DNA of 64,000 nt from Ignavibacteriota bacterium (GTDB taxonomy: Bacteria > Bacteroidota > Ignavibacteria > UBA10030 > SZUA-254): positions 24,178 through 88,177 of the forward strand of contig JACREZ010000040.1 in the NCBI GenBank assembly GCA_016212665.1, read 5' to 3'. The translations under genes were made by a program, and so were the position numbers. Positions within the stretch are counted from its first letter, which is position 1. The number at the start of each line of letters is the position of its first letter. Shown here in pieces: positions 38,660 to 48,866 of the stretch. Under the pieces are notes generated by a model that was given only the letters and a program-made list of their open reading frames with translations, made no database searches and was not told where the DNA came from.

Positions 38660-39598
38660 TTATCGCGTTACGGCATTTTCGAGGAAGGAAAGCCGCCCGC
38701 GCGTTGCATCCAATCGAACCCGCACACCGAACGGAATGGTCAACAAATTATCAACATGTCCGTTGTGGAAGTGACCTGCAACGGGGAAATTGTACCCCTG
38801 AAACGAATCTTCAAACACCTGCTGAAGCGTGAGTGATGGTTTCCCCGCCTCTGCTTCACAACCCGTAAATTCCCCAAGCGCAATTCCTGCACTTCGCTTG
38901 AACACGTTCGCTAATCGGAGTTGGTTGAGCATTCGGTTCACCCGGTACGGTCGCTCTTCAATTTCTTCGAGCATAAGAATTGATGGTTTGACCCTGGGAA
39001 CATACTCGGTTCCAACAAGCGAGGCTACGAGCGAGAGATTTCCCCCCAACAGAATTCCCTCACCAATTCCTTTTTGAATGATTCTTTTTTTTGTTTGATT
39101 TAGATGAACAGATGGTAACTTCGCCGTTGAGGTCAGACAACGCCAGAATTGCTCTTCCGTTTCTCCCTGTAGTTTTCCTGCCATTTCAACAGCAACCATA
39201 GGACCGGAAAAGGAAACCAAACCCGATTTGGAAAGAAGGGCGAGTTGGAGAGCCGTGATGTCGCTGTACCCGACAAGTATTTTGGGATTCCGTCGTATCA
39301 ATCGATAATTCAATTGAGGAAGAATGCGAGTACAGCCGTAGCCGCCGCGGACTGTAAAAATAGCTTTGACCTTCGGATTGGAGAATAAATCATGTAAATC
39401 GGAAACCCGCTCGCGGTCGGTTCCTGCGAGATACCCTCTGCGTTTGAGCACATATTTGCCAAGTTCGATTCTGAAGCCGAGCGATTCCAAATACCTGACC
39501 CCGCGCGTGAGATGTTCTTCCGACGCAGGCGGACTTGCAGGTGCGGCAATCCCAATTACTTCGCCCCGTTTCAGGGCTTTTGGTTTGATAATTTGCAT
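38660..39598 (-). CDS. ldcA: LD-carboxypeptidase (muramoyltetrapeptide carboxypeptidase, peptidase S66)
   Basis: 'LKRGEVIGIAAPASP', Ser nucleophile 'VGYSDITAL' and His/Glu context. Start set at the internal 'MQIIKPK'. Confidence 0.8.
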   Translation of the reverse strand: MQIIKPKALKRGEVIGIAAPASPPASEEHLTRGVRYLESLGFRIELGKYVLKRRGYLAGTDRERVSDLHDLFSNPKVKAIFTVRGGYGCTRILPQLNYRLIRRNPKILVGYSDITALQLALLSKSGLVSFSGPMVAVEMAGKLQGETEEQFWRCLTSTAKLPSVHLNQTKKRIIQKGIGEGILLGGNLSLVASLVGTEYVPRVKPSILMLEEIEERPYRVNRMLNQLRLANVFKRSAGIALGEFTGCEAEAGKPSLTLQQVFEDSFQGYNFPVAGHFHNGHVDNLLTIPFGVRVRLDATRGRLSFLENAVTR

Positions 39599-39853
39599 TG
39601 ATTGGATGGCAAAATAACGAGATGGAGAACGATTTGCAACAAAAGTTTGGAAGTAGGACGGGAAGGAAGTACCTTCATGGAAATAAGAAACCGACATCTG
39701 AATGTTGCATCATCTTCGAAGCCCCCGAAGCACAGCTTCAACATTCAGAGTCGGTTACGTTATTCCACTATATATTTCGCGTTGCGGTGCGTTGGATGAG
39801 ACGGACATTCACTAGCGTTGCCGCAATTTCTACATTCAATAAACTCATAAAAT

Positions 39854-40558
39854 TTGACAATGCCTGTGCGAAAACTCACAAAACAAAGTGGCTCACGACG
39901 AACCTCACACGTTCACGATTCAGCTACGCATCTCAGCAAACGAAACCAACCGAATCGTTTCAGATACATTGTATTTTTCAAACCGTATGGAGTTCTATGT
40001 CAATTCACCGATGAAGAGGGGAGAAAAACTTTTTCTGATTTCGGACCGTTTCCACCCGATGTGTATGCGGCAGGCAGACTTGATTTTGACAGCGAGGGAT
40101 TAGTTCTATTGACAAACGATGGGACAATGAAACATCGTTTACTCGAACCAAAATTTCACCACCCGCGAACATATATGGTGCAAATCGAGCGAATTCCCGA
40201 TGAAACTGTCTTGACTCAATTAAAAGGTGGGGTTGTAATTGAAGGGAAGAAAACGCTTCCTGCTATTGTGAAATTATTATCGGAAGAACCAAACCTGCCG
40301 GAGCGCCCTGTTCCAATCCGGTTCAGAAAAACTGTTCCGACTGCTTGGTTGGAGATAACATTGAAAGAAGGAAGAAATCGTCAGGTTAGAAAGATGACTG
40401 CCGCGGTTGGTCATCCGGCGTTGCGTTTGGTGCGAATCAAAATTGCTAATCTCACGATTGGAAAGTTAGTTCCCGGTCAGCATCGCGAAGTGAGCGTAGC
40501 GGAACTTACGGAGTTGAAGAAGATTCTTTATCAGGGAAGTACGTCGGGAAAAAATTAA
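39854..40558 (+). CDS. Pseudouridine synthase (RluE/RsuA family, no S4 domain)
   Basis: Catalytic Asp motif 'AAGRLDFDSEGLVLLTNDG' plus 'YMVQIE…'. The N-terminal ~45 codons of the tracked ORF may be non-coding. Confidence 0.8.
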   Translation: MTMPVRKLTKQSGSRRTSHVHDSATHLSKRNQPNRFRYIVFFKPYGVLCQFTDEEGRKTFSDFGPFPPDVYAAGRLDFDSEGLVLLTNDGTMKHRLLEPKFHHPRTYMVQIERIPDETVLTQLKGGVVIEGKKTLPAIVKLLSEEPNLPERPVPIRFRKTVPTAWLEITLKEGRNRQVRKMTAAVGHPALRLVRIKIANLTIGKLVPGQHREVSVAELTELKKILYQGSTSGKN

Positions 40559-41027
40559 CGATGCCGCCTTTCCTCAACTTCGTGATATACACAATCTGTG
40601 CTGTGTGTTGAGCAAAATGTTCTACAACGTGAGAGATAGCATCGAGATACGTGAGGTCATAGCGTTGGATGTGTTTCACCTCAAGAAACTTCGCAACATC
40701 AAATCGTTCAAGAACTTTGTCGGTTTCAAGAAGCGTCTCTTGCATCTTCGTGAGGAGTGTTGATTTGGGAAGCGGTCCCCGTTCAGAAAATTCAACGTCG
40801 CGAACGCGTTTGTCCTCCGCGCCTCCTATTCCGTGAATAATCCACTGTCGCACGTTGCCGCAAAGATGAAGCAGAAGATTGCCAATGCTGTTGCTTTCCT
40901 CATTCGGACGCCACCACACATCTTCTTCCGAAAGTTCTTCGAGACATTTCTGAATGCGTGGAAAATATTCTTGCAACAATCTTCGCCGGCAATAGGCGAG
41001 ATATTCTTGTTCGATTGAAATGGCCAT
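40506..41027 (-). CDS. DinB/YfiT-like four-helix-bundle protein
   Basis: 'IGNLLLHLCGNVRQWI…HVVEHFAQHTAQIVYI' is the His-triad pattern of the DinB_2/DUF664 family. Confidence 0.65.
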   Translation of the reverse strand: MAISIEQEYLAYCRRRLLQEYFPRIQKCLEELSEEDVWWRPNEESNSIGNLLLHLCGNVRQWIIHGIGGAEDKRVRDVEFSERGPLPKSTLLTKMQETLLETDKVLERFDVAKFLEVKHIQRYDLTYLDAISHVVEHFAQHTAQIVYITKLRKGGIVNFFPTYFPDKESSSTP

Positions 41028-41037
41028 TTGTTATTTG

Positions 41038-41784
41038 TTAAAGAAATAATCCATCAACGAAAGCAATTTGATACCCGAAGAAAATTCCGAAACAAATACT
41101 CAGAATTCCCGAAACTAATCTCACGCCATTATTCAGTTTGTGCGATGCTTTTGCTGAGAGAAAAAAAGGAACACTAATGAGCGCACTCATCATCAACATC
41201 CCGAGCATCGAACCAACACCGAACGTTCCGATGTACAACAACCCCATTGCTGTTGAGGGAATCGTTGATAAAATCAGAAGCATCAACGCGCCGCTTCCTG
41301 CAAGTCCGTGAACCATCCCGATATACAACGGCTTCTTACTTCCCGCGATCAAACTGAGGCGCGTAAAAAGAGGAAGCTCGTGATGATGTTTCTCTTGTAT
41401 CTGATTTTCGGAATGGTTGTGAACATGCAAGTGAATGTGTCTGCGCCCTTCATGTTCGTGTTGATGGATGTGAACTGAATCTCCTCGTGCAACTTTTTTG
41501 ATTGCGATAATGCCAAGAATGATAAGCATGAGCGCAACAACAAATTCCATAACATGAGAAAATGTTTCGGGAAGTTGAATATCAAACAGAAGAATGACAA
41601 GTCCGACGGCAAGAAGTGAAGCAGTGTGCCCGATTCCCCACAGCGCACCGACAAGCGATGAACTCAGCATGTTTTTTCGCTCACTGACTATTGCCGCGAC
41701 CGCGACGAGATGGTCGGTATCAAGCGCGTGCTTGACGCCAAGTCCGAAGCCGAGAGCGAGAATGGAAAATGTTTCTGTTGCCAT
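41038..41784 (-). CDS. NicO-family nickel/cobalt transporter (RcnA-like, His-rich loop)
   Basis: Signature 'HALDTDHL' and a central His-rich loop 'HIHQHEHEGRRHIHLHVHNHSENQIQEKHHHE'. Start set at 'MATETFS' to avoid a large overlap with the divergent trmH. Confidence 0.75.
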   Translation of the reverse strand: MATETFSILALGFGLGVKHALDTDHLVAVAAIVSERKNMLSSSLVGALWGIGHTASLLAVGLVILLFDIQLPETFSHVMEFVVALMLIILGIIAIKKVARGDSVHIHQHEHEGRRHIHLHVHNHSENQIQEKHHHELPLFTRLSLIAGSKKPLYIGMVHGLAGSGALMLLILSTIPSTAMGLLYIGTFGVGSMLGMLMMSALISVPFFLSAKASHKLNNGVRLVSGILSICFGIFFGYQIAFVDGLFL

Positions 41785-41876
41785 TATTGTTGATTCGATT
41801 GCGAACCAATATACAAACATCGGAATTGAGAGAAAAGAAATTGCTTCTCTCATCCGAATACTGTACTTTTCTACCC

Positions 41877-42719
41877 GTGAAAGAAACGAACATACAATCG
41901 GTCAACTCATTGGATTTGCCTGAGTTGCAACCGTACAGAACGCTCCGCCGTCCGCTTGAACATATTCAACAGGGAATTTTCGTCGCGGAAGGAGAAAAAG
42001 TTGTGAGACGTTTACTCGCCTCCAATCTCTCCATTATTTCATTATTGATGACTCCCGAATGGCTCGATGCATTATCAACCGACTCACAACTAACTACTCA
42101 CCATTCACCAATCACTGTTTACCTTGCTGACCACAAACTTGTCGAGACCATCGTCGGCTACAATCTCCACCAAGGTATCATGGCGGTTGCGAGAGTTCCT
42201 GAAAATCCGACGCTCGAATCATTAATGAATACAATCCCGTCACCGTTTCTCCTCGTCGCGCTCGACGGACTTGTTAACTCGGAAAACATCGGCGTCATTG
42301 TAAGAAACTGCGCAGCGTTCGGAGTTCAGGGAATCATCGTCGGTGAAACATCAAGCAGTCCGTATTTGCGGCGCGCTGTAAGAAACTCAATGGGAACGGT
42401 GTTCAAAATTCCCGTCGTTCATGTTCTTCACTTAGCGGAGACTTTGACAACTCTTCAACAGAAATATTCAACAACAGTTATCGCCGCGCATCCGCATGAA
42501 CAGTCGTCAATTCATCAAACAGACTTATCTCAAAATACTTGCATTGTGTTCGGACATGAAGGGCTTGGCATCTCGAAAGAAATTCTCGATGTCTGCTCAA
42601 AGCATGTTGCAATCCCGATGGAGAATGAAACTGATTCGCTGAACGTTTCAAGTGCGAGCGCTGTGTTTTTATATGAAGCACATAAGCAAAGAGCTAAGGG
42701 CGTAGAGTGTAGGGCGTAG
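41877..42719 (+). CDS. TrmH/SpoU-family RNA 2'-O-methyltransferase
   Basis: 'LVALDGLVNSENIGVIVRNCAAFGVQGIIV…CIVFGHEGLGIS' is the SPOUT knot motif set. Start is uncertain: GTG at 41877 is chosen, and the tracked ATG at 41769 would overlap the divergent gene. Confidence 0.75.
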   Translation: MKETNIQSVNSLDLPELQPYRTLRRPLEHIQQGIFVAEGEKVVRRLLASNLSIISLLMTPEWLDALSTDSQLTTHHSPITVYLADHKLVETIVGYNLHQGIMAVARVPENPTLESLMNTIPSPFLLVALDGLVNSENIGVIVRNCAAFGVQGIIVGETSSSPYLRRAVRNSMGTVFKIPVVHVLHLAETLTTLQQKYSTTVIAAHPHEQSSIHQTDLSQNTCIVFGHEGLGISKEILDVCSKHVAIPMENETDSLNVSSASAVFLYEAHKQRAKGVECRA

Positions 42720-42720
42720 A

Positions 42721-43302
42721 GTGATAAATATTTCTATTGAAAAAATAAAAAAAGCCGTGTCTCAACATCAACGGCAAGTTGCCACAACGTCTACCGAGAA
42801 CGAAATTATTCGTGCGTCCGTTCTTGTGCCGTTGGTGGTTCTCAACAATGAATTGCATGTATTGCTGACCGTGAGAACGCACGAAGTAGAAACGCACAAA
42901 GGACAAATTTCATTCCCCGGCGGCATGTGTGATGAAAAAGATGCGAACGAAACAGAAACGGCGTTGCGTGAAGCGAAAGAAGAAATCGGATTGCCCAAAT
43001 CTTCTGTTGAAATTCTCGGTATTCTTGATGATTTTGTAACGCCAACCGGCTTTTTGATTACTCCCGTTGTTGGCTACATCCAATCGCTCCCGCTATTGAA
43101 ACCAAATCCCGAAGAAGTTGCCGAGGTGTTGTTTGTCCCTCCTTCCTTTTTTGCCGATGAACAAAACGGGAGAACAGAAGAGCGAACGGTGAACGGAAAA
43201 CATTTGAAAGTTTGGTTTTTCGATTATCAACAGCATGCTATTTGGGGGGCGACCGCGGGAATAATCAAACATTTTCTCAACATTATTCAAGATAAGCCAT
43301 GA
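42721..43302 (+). CDS. NUDIX hydrolase (CoA-pyrophosphatase-like)
   Basis: Nudix box 'GGMCDEKDANETETALREAKEEIGL'. Confidence 0.8.
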   Translation: MINISIEKIKKAVSQHQRQVATTSTENEIIRASVLVPLVVLNNELHVLLTVRTHEVETHKGQISFPGGMCDEKDANETETALREAKEEIGLPKSSVEILGILDDFVTPTGFLITPVVGYIQSLPLLKPNPEEVAEVLFVPPSFFADEQNGRTEERTVNGKHLKVWFFDYQQHAIWGATAGIIKHFLNIIQDKP

Positions 43303-44579
43303 ACACAACTCGAAGGACATTCGTAAAGAAGGTTGTCGGTGGAATTTCCGGCAGTCTTCTCCTCTCCAATCTTTTTGATTCATCACAGGCGTTTTCCTTT
43401 CCTGAAATTGGTCAGGACATCGAACCGGAGAATGAACAGTTTTGGAAACTTGTGCGGGAACAATTTCCTCTTACTCACGAACGAATCTATTTCAATAACG
43501 GGACGATTGGACCATCACCGTATATCGTTCGTGAAGCAGTGAAAGCGGCAATTGATGATTTGGACAGGCGGGGCGAGTACGGCGGATGGGAAGTTGCGCG
43601 CACAAAACTCGCTGAGTTTGTTCGCGTAAAGGAATCGGAAATTTCTCTCACGCACAACACAACCGAAGGAATCAACGTTGTTGTGTGGGGACTTCCTCTC
43701 AAACGGGGCGACGAGGTGATTCTTACAACGCACGAACATGTCGGCAACGCATTGCCGTGGCTTAACCGTTCGAAGGTTGACGGCATCGTCATCAAAACAT
43801 TTCAACCCGCACAAACTGTTTCGGAAAATCTTAACCGCATCAACGATTTGCTCACGAAGAAAACCCGCGTCATCGCGATTCCACACATTACCTGCACCAC
43901 CGGACAAGTTTTTCCGGCAAAAGAAATTTCTCAACTCGGACACGACAAAGGATTGTTCGTCTGTTTCGATGGAGCGCACGGGCCGGGGATGACGAATCTG
44001 AACCTTGCGGAAATTGGTTGCGACACATATTCGGCGTGCAGTCATAAATGGCTTTGCGGACCGAAAGGAACCGGATTTTTGTATGTGAGAGAAGGATTGC
44101 TCGAAACTCTTCAACCGAAATTCGTCGGCGGTTACACCGACCTCGGATGGGATTTGACGACGAACCCGATTGAGTTCAAAGGATTTGTTCCAACCGCGCA
44201 TCGGTACGATTACGGAACACAGAATGCTGCGCTGTACATCGGTGTTGCTTCTGCTGTGGATTTCTTTTCCAAGATTGGAGTAGAGAATATTGTCCGACGC
44301 GGAAACTCCCTCGCTTCAACTCTTCAACAAAAACTTCTTGAACTTGGGGACAAGATTGAAATGCTTACACCAACAGAAGAACAATCACGCGGTTCGATGA
44401 TTGGTTTTTGTTTGAAAAATATCCCGTACGACAAATTCGGAGAACACGCATCGAAGAAAGGATTTCGTATTCGCCTTGTTCCGGAAAGTCATTTGAATTC
44501 GATTCGCGTGTCAACACATCTTTATAATAATTTCGATGAAGTGGAGAGGTTTGTGGAAGCGGTGAAGGAAGTCGCTTAA
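43299..44579 (+). CDS. Class-V aminotransferase-fold PLP enzyme with twin-arginine (Tat) signal
   Basis: 'MNTTRRTFVKKVVGGISGSLLL' is a Tat motif (T-R-R-x-F-V-K). PLP-lysine context 'SACSHKWLCGPKGTGFLYV'. Cysteine-desulfurase/epimerase-like fold. Confidence 0.8.
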   Translation: MNTTRRTFVKKVVGGISGSLLLSNLFDSSQAFSFPEIGQDIEPENEQFWKLVREQFPLTHERIYFNNGTIGPSPYIVREAVKAAIDDLDRRGEYGGWEVARTKLAEFVRVKESEISLTHNTTEGINVVVWGLPLKRGDEVILTTHEHVGNALPWLNRSKVDGIVIKTFQPAQTVSENLNRINDLLTKKTRVIAIPHITCTTGQVFPAKEISQLGHDKGLFVCFDGAHGPGMTNLNLAEIGCDTYSACSHKWLCGPKGTGFLYVREGLLETLQPKFVGGYTDLGWDLTTNPIEFKGFVPTAHRYDYGTQNAALYIGVASAVDFFSKIGVENIVRRGNSLASTLQQKLLELGDKIEMLTPTEEQSRGSMIGFCLKNIPYDKFGEHASKKGFRIRLVPESHLNSIRVSTHLYNNFDEVERFVEAVKEVA

Positions 44580-44618
44580 CTTCGATATGAGATTTGGGAT
44601 ATATGCCCGCGAATCAAA

Positions 44619-45227
44619 CTACGGTGCAAGCCGTTGTATTTTCCACTCTCCACTCTCTTGCAAAACACATTCAACTCTGTCATGCAAACGCCCTTCACGT
44701 CCCTGCCAAAACTCCATTCGATTTGGTTTGACGAGATAGCCGCCCCAATGTTCAGGACGAGAAACTGCTGCTCCTTCAAATTTCTTTTCCGCTTCTGAGT
44801 ACAATCGTTCTAATTCTTCCCTGCTTGAAACGACTTCGCTTTGCGCGGAGATGAATGCACTCAATTGACTGTTTCTTGGTCGCGTCTGAAAATACGCGTC
44901 TGAATGTTCAGCAGAAACTTTTTCCACCGTTCCTTCGATTCTCACTTGCCGTTCCAACGGCTGCCAATAAAACAATAACGCAACATTCGGATTTTGTTCA
45001 AGTTCTTTTCCTTTCCTGCTGTTATAGTTGGTGAAGAACATAAATCCATGTTCGTTCACTTCTTTCAACAACACCATCCGCGACGATGGTTTTCCGTCTA
45101 TTGAAACGGTTGCGAGCGACATCGCTTCGGGCATGGCGATGCCGGATGTTTGTGCTTCTTCAAACCAATTCTTGAATTGCTGAATCGGATTCGGATGAAT
45201 AGTTGTTGTATCGAGGGAGTGGTTCAT
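44619..45227 (-). CDS. pdxH: Pyridoxamine 5'-phosphate oxidase
   Basis: '…LERQVRIEGTVEKVSAEHSDAYFQTRPRNSQLSAFIS…FWQGREGRLHDR' carries the canonical PdxH C-terminal motifs. Confidence 0.9.
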   Translation of the reverse strand: MNHSLDTTTIHPNPIQQFKNWFEEAQTSGIAMPEAMSLATVSIDGKPSSRMVLLKEVNEHGFMFFTNYNSRKGKELEQNPNVALLFYWQPLERQVRIEGTVEKVSAEHSDAYFQTRPRNSQLSAFISAQSEVVSSREELERLYSEAEKKFEGAAVSRPEHWGGYLVKPNRMEFWQGREGRLHDRVECVLQESGEWKIQRLAP

Positions 45228-45412
45228 TGTTTAACTTCTTATTATAGTGGATGTTATCAAAACAAATCTATGATTGAATCATGCCAATGGCAATATATCA
45301 AATAAGAAAATAAATCAAGAAAAACTGAACAACTCTCTTGACCGTTTCCCAAATTTTTCTTAGGTTCAATCAGTCGAACGGATTCATCATTTCCCGCTCG
45401 CGAAAACTACGA

Positions 45413-46480
45413 ATGGATGTGTTGACGTTAATATTGCTCGGGGCGGTTGTCATTCTTGTTGTTATTCTCCTTTCGCGGAAACCCACTCCAGCGCAAACAG
45501 ATTATTCCCAAACTCTTCAACTTATGCAACAACAGGTCGAAGCGTTGCGCGGCGACATGCGAACAAGTTTACAGCATGTTTCGGAAAATCTTAATCAACA
45601 ACTCAACAGTGTTACGCAACAACTGCAAACGCAAACCACTTCCGTCGGCAGCCGTCTCGATAATGCGACGCGGGTGATAGGCGATGTTCAGAAAAATCTC
45701 GGGCAACTCGGACAGGCGACGCAGGAGATTAAAGAGTTGGGACAAAGCGTTTCCAAGTTGGAAGAACTGCTTCGCGCTCCGAAACTTCGCGGCGGTTTGG
45801 GCGAATTGCTTCTCGAAGATTTGCTGAAACAGGTGTTACCGTCGGAACATTTTGAAATGCAATACAAATTCAAAAACGGACAGACGGTTGATGCAATCAT
45901 TCGGACATCGGAAGGAATCGTTCCGGTGGATTCAAAATTTCCGCTCGAAAATTTCAGAAAATATTATGAAACATCAACCGAAAGCGAGAAGAAACAGTTT
46001 CAGAAAACATTTCTCAGCGATGTGAAGAAACATATCGAAGCCATTGCAGGGAAATATATCCTTCCGGATGAAGGAACCTTTCCGTTTGCGTTGATGTATA
46101 TTCCTGCAGAGAATATTTATTATGAAGTCATCATCAAAGCCGAAGGCGCAGACGTGTATCAACTTGCGTTAAGCAACAATGTTGTGCCGGTTTCGCCGAA
46201 CAGTTTCTACGCGTACTTACAGGTGATTGCTCTTGGCTTGCGCGGATTAAAAATCGAACAGAGCGCAAAACAGATTTTGAACACACTCGGTCGTTTGCAA
46301 GGCGACATCGGAAAAGTGCGCGATGCGTTCGAGACGCTTGGTGCGCATCTCAACAACGCGCACAACAAATACGACGAAGCAGACAAACGGCTTTCACTAT
46401 TCGAAAACAAATTGGAAGGAATTGCAGAACGAACCAACACCAATGAACAATCAGAATCGAATTACCAATTGTTACGCTGA
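45413..46480 (+). CDS. rmuC: DNA recombination protein RmuC
   Basis: N-terminal TM helix, long coiled coil, and a C-terminal RmuC nuclease-like domain ('VDAIIRTSEGIVPVDSKFPLENF'). Confidence 0.85.
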   Translation: MDVLTLILLGAVVILVVILLSRKPTPAQTDYSQTLQLMQQQVEALRGDMRTSLQHVSENLNQQLNSVTQQLQTQTTSVGSRLDNATRVIGDVQKNLGQLGQATQEIKELGQSVSKLEELLRAPKLRGGLGELLLEDLLKQVLPSEHFEMQYKFKNGQTVDAIIRTSEGIVPVDSKFPLENFRKYYETSTESEKKQFQKTFLSDVKKHIEAIAGKYILPDEGTFPFALMYIPAENIYYEVIIKAEGADVYQLALSNNVVPVSPNSFYAYLQVIALGLRGLKIEQSAKQILNTLGRLQGDIGKVRDAFETLGAHLNNAHNKYDEADKRLSLFENKLEGIAERTNTNEQSESNYQLLR

Positions 46481-46531
46481 CCGCAGTGCGGTCAGTCGCT
46501 CTTTACCAACTACAATTACAAGGAAATTTCT

Positions 46532-47164
46532 ATGTATCTACAAGTTCATCCTGATAATCCTCAAGGTCGCCACATCGAACACGCGGTTGACGTGTTAAAG
46601 CATGGCGGCGTCATCATTTATCCGACCGATACCGTGTATGGCATCGGCTGTAGCATTTACAGCACTCATGCAATTGAGCGGATTTATCAAATCAAACAAC
46701 AAGACCCGGCGAAGCCGTTCAGTTTTGTCTGTTCCGATTTGAGCCACATCAGCGAGTATGCGAAAGTATCGAACCCCGCGTTCCGGTTGATGAAGCATCT
46801 CGTGCCGGGACCGTTCACGTTTGTACTTCCAGCAAGCCGGCTGAAACAACTTCCGAAATCGCTCATCAGCAAACGAAAGACGGTCGGCATCCGCGTACCG
46901 AACAATAAAATTTGTATCGAGATTGTGAAGCAACTCGGTCATCCGATTCTCAACGCGAGCGTGGACGGCACGAACGAACAACTGCCGAACGACCCGGAAC
47001 TCATCAAACGCGCGTACGACGAGCGAGTGGATGTAATTCTCGATGGCGGAATAAGCGGGCTCGAACTTTCGACCATTCTGGATTTGACGGAAGACCAACC
47101 ACTTGTTGTCCGCGAAGGAGCGGGGGACATCAGCAATTTAATCATTACCGAACAAGTGGCGTGA
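46532..47164 (+). CDS. tsaC: L-threonylcarbamoyladenylate synthase (YrdC/Sua5/TsaC family)
   Basis: 'GGVIIYPTDTVYGIGCSIYSTHAIERIYQIKQQDPAKPFS' is the YrdC fold signature. Confidence 0.85.
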   Translation: MYLQVHPDNPQGRHIEHAVDVLKHGGVIIYPTDTVYGIGCSIYSTHAIERIYQIKQQDPAKPFSFVCSDLSHISEYAKVSNPAFRLMKHLVPGPFTFVLPASRLKQLPKSLISKRKTVGIRVPNNKICIEIVKQLGHPILNASVDGTNEQLPNDPELIKRAYDERVDVILDGGISGLELSTILDLTEDQPLVVREGAGDISNLIITEQVA

Positions 47165-47173
47165 GGAACAACG

Positions 47174-47614
47174 TTGCGTTTCTTTGACGAAACACCTGCG
47201 ATGGGAATCCTGCGGAATTGTGTCTATGCAATCATTATCATGGCGCTCTATTCGTTCACGATGATGTTGCTCGGACACTTCGACGCGGGGTTCCTTGCCG
47301 CGTATGGTTTGGTCGGAATCGGATTTTCATTTTTCGGGTGGGGAGGCGAGCGGCTTTGGTACGCCACGATTGCAAATTATTTCAATCAACCGCATCGTTG
47401 GTACGCCATCCTCTCCCATGTTCCGCTCTGGGGAATGTTTGGCGGTATGAGTTACACGATTGCGCTTCTCATTTCTAAAAATTTTTCTTTATTATTGCTT
47501 GATGAAATACCTGTGAAAAATCTGTTCTTCACAGGCGCCGCGATTGGGGCGCTTATTCAATACATTCTGTACCTGCTTGATGTACGAATCAAACAACAAA
47601 AAACTATAAACTAA
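47174..47614 (+). CDS. Hypothetical integral membrane protein
   Basis: Four predicted hydrophobic helices; 10 nt downstream of tsaC. Confidence 0.45.
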   Translation: MRFFDETPAMGILRNCVYAIIIMALYSFTMMLLGHFDAGFLAAYGLVGIGFSFFGWGGERLWYATIANYFNQPHRWYAILSHVPLWGMFGGMSYTIALLISKNFSLLLLDEIPVKNLFFTGAAIGALIQYILYLLDVRIKQQKTIN

Positions 47615-47621
47615 AAACATT

Positions 47622-47813
47622 ATGACAAAAAGCGAACAACATTCGATGGTGGAGTCACTGAGAGAATACTCACACAAGATGAAGGGAAAAGATTACGATG
47701 AATTTGAAGTCCTCCGTAAGCGCGACCGCGACGACGAAGACTTCGATTCCATTTCACGAAACAAACTCACCGAGTTGTTTGTGAAGTATGTGCCGGAGAG
47801 ATTTAGAAGATAA
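47622..47813 (+). CDS. Hypothetical small acidic protein; its 3' end is duplicated at 49577–49690
   Basis: 63 codons. The final ~38 codons recur about 90% identical and in frame 1.76 kb downstream. Confidence 0.45.
   Translation: MTKSEQHSMVESLREYSHKMKGKDYDEFEVLRKRDRDDEDFDSISRNKLTELFVKYVPERFRR
47700..47813 (+). repeat. Direct repeat copy 1 (flank of hipBST cassette)
   Basis: 'GAATTTGAAGTCCTCCGTAAGCGCGACCGCGACGACGAAGACTTCGATTCCATTTCACGAAACAAACTCACCGAGTTGTTTGTGAAGTATGTGCCGGAGAGATTTAGAAGATAA'. Confidence 0.8.
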
Positions 47814-47858
47814 CGTTCTCGTTCCTACGGTATGCGGAGTGTGAGAACAAGAACAAGT

Positions 47859-48866
47859 TTATCCGTTCTCTGTATTCAAATAATTCCTTTTCGTTCGATA
47901 CATCAACAAATATCCACGTTTGCTTGGTTCATCCAAAAAGGAACGATTTGTCAGCGTTACAACCATGCGTTGTTCCTCCAAGAAAGGAATTAACAATTTT
48001 TCAATCCTGCCTTCTGTTACTCCAATACGTTTTCCGAATTCAATAAAATCCGCTTTGGATGGATGTCCGCTCTTACCTCGGTAACGTTTTGCATCGGCAA
48101 ACAATCCTTTACTCAAAGCAAAATCAGAATCGTCCACATGCAGTCTTGTATTGATTACATCATACGCAGGGCTGAGAAGGTAATCACCTTTCGAGGATTC
48201 GAGAAGCGAAATGTTTTTCAAGTGTGCATCTCCGTTCGAGAACAAATAGTTGAACACTACTAACAAGAAAAATTTTTCTATTTCCACGCGCCACGCAGGG
48301 ACGTATTGTTGTATCAGGAATCCAATCTCTTCGTAACTGAACTCATACTTGAAATTCGCGCCTGCATTATCTTTCGTTTTTCCAGCAAGCGAGGCAAAAT
48401 CTTCTTTCCCTCGTTTTCTTCCATTATCATCCACATCAAACCGCTTGGTGATGTAAGCGTGTGTGCCATCTTTGAAAAATATCATAGCATTTTCAGCGGT
48501 GGTTATTCCATACACTTGCTTTGCGATTTGCATGGTCAGATGTTCGTTTGCCGGGACCTGAGTAACATTCTTCAAATCTCTCGGAATCGGTTTCAGGATG
48601 TATGTTCCTTGTTCGCCTTCGTTCGTCAACCGCAACACATTTTTCTCTAAGATGAAACTCAACTTTTCCTGAACGCCTGAGATAGAGATGCGTTTACGAT
48701 TATCTCTGAACTGCTCAGCCACCTCTTCGTTTTGTTCCGGCGCGTCGTAGGGCAATACATGGCTTACTTTCTTCCCATGAAAGAGATTCCGCAAACAACC
48801 CGGACTGTAGGTAGAAAATCCTTCTGCCAATGTTCCGGGACAATATGGTATCTGCACTCCGCTCAT
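47859..48866 (-). CDS. hipT: HipT-type toxin kinase (HipA C-terminal kinase domain, 335 aa)
   Basis: Gly-rich loop with the 'SIS' motif ('KRISISGVQEKLSF') and catalytic 'FSNGDAHLKNISLL'. Length matches HipT of tripartite HipBST systems. Confidence 0.85.
   Translation of the reverse strand: MSGVQIPYCPGTLAEGFSTYSPGCLRNLFHGKKVSHVLPYDAPEQNEEVAEQFRDNRKRISISGVQEKLSFILEKNVLRLTNEGEQGTYILKPIPRDLKNVTQVPANEHLTMQIAKQVYGITTAENAMIFFKDGTHAYITKRFDVDDNGRKRGKEDFASLAGKTKDNAGANFKYEFSYEEIGFLIQQYVPAWRVEIEKFFLLVVFNYLFSNGDAHLKNISLLESSKGDYLLSPAYDVINTRLHVDDSDFALSKGLFADAKRYRGKSGHPSKADFIEFGKRIGVTEGRIEKLLIPFLEEQRMVVTLTNRSFLDEPSKRGYLLMYRTKRNYLNTENG

Noticed and set aside
43515-44201. 228-aa antisense ORF inside the class-V aminotransferase gene
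   Set aside because: A shadow ORF with no motifs; the sense-strand gene has a clear PLP-lysine and fold signature.
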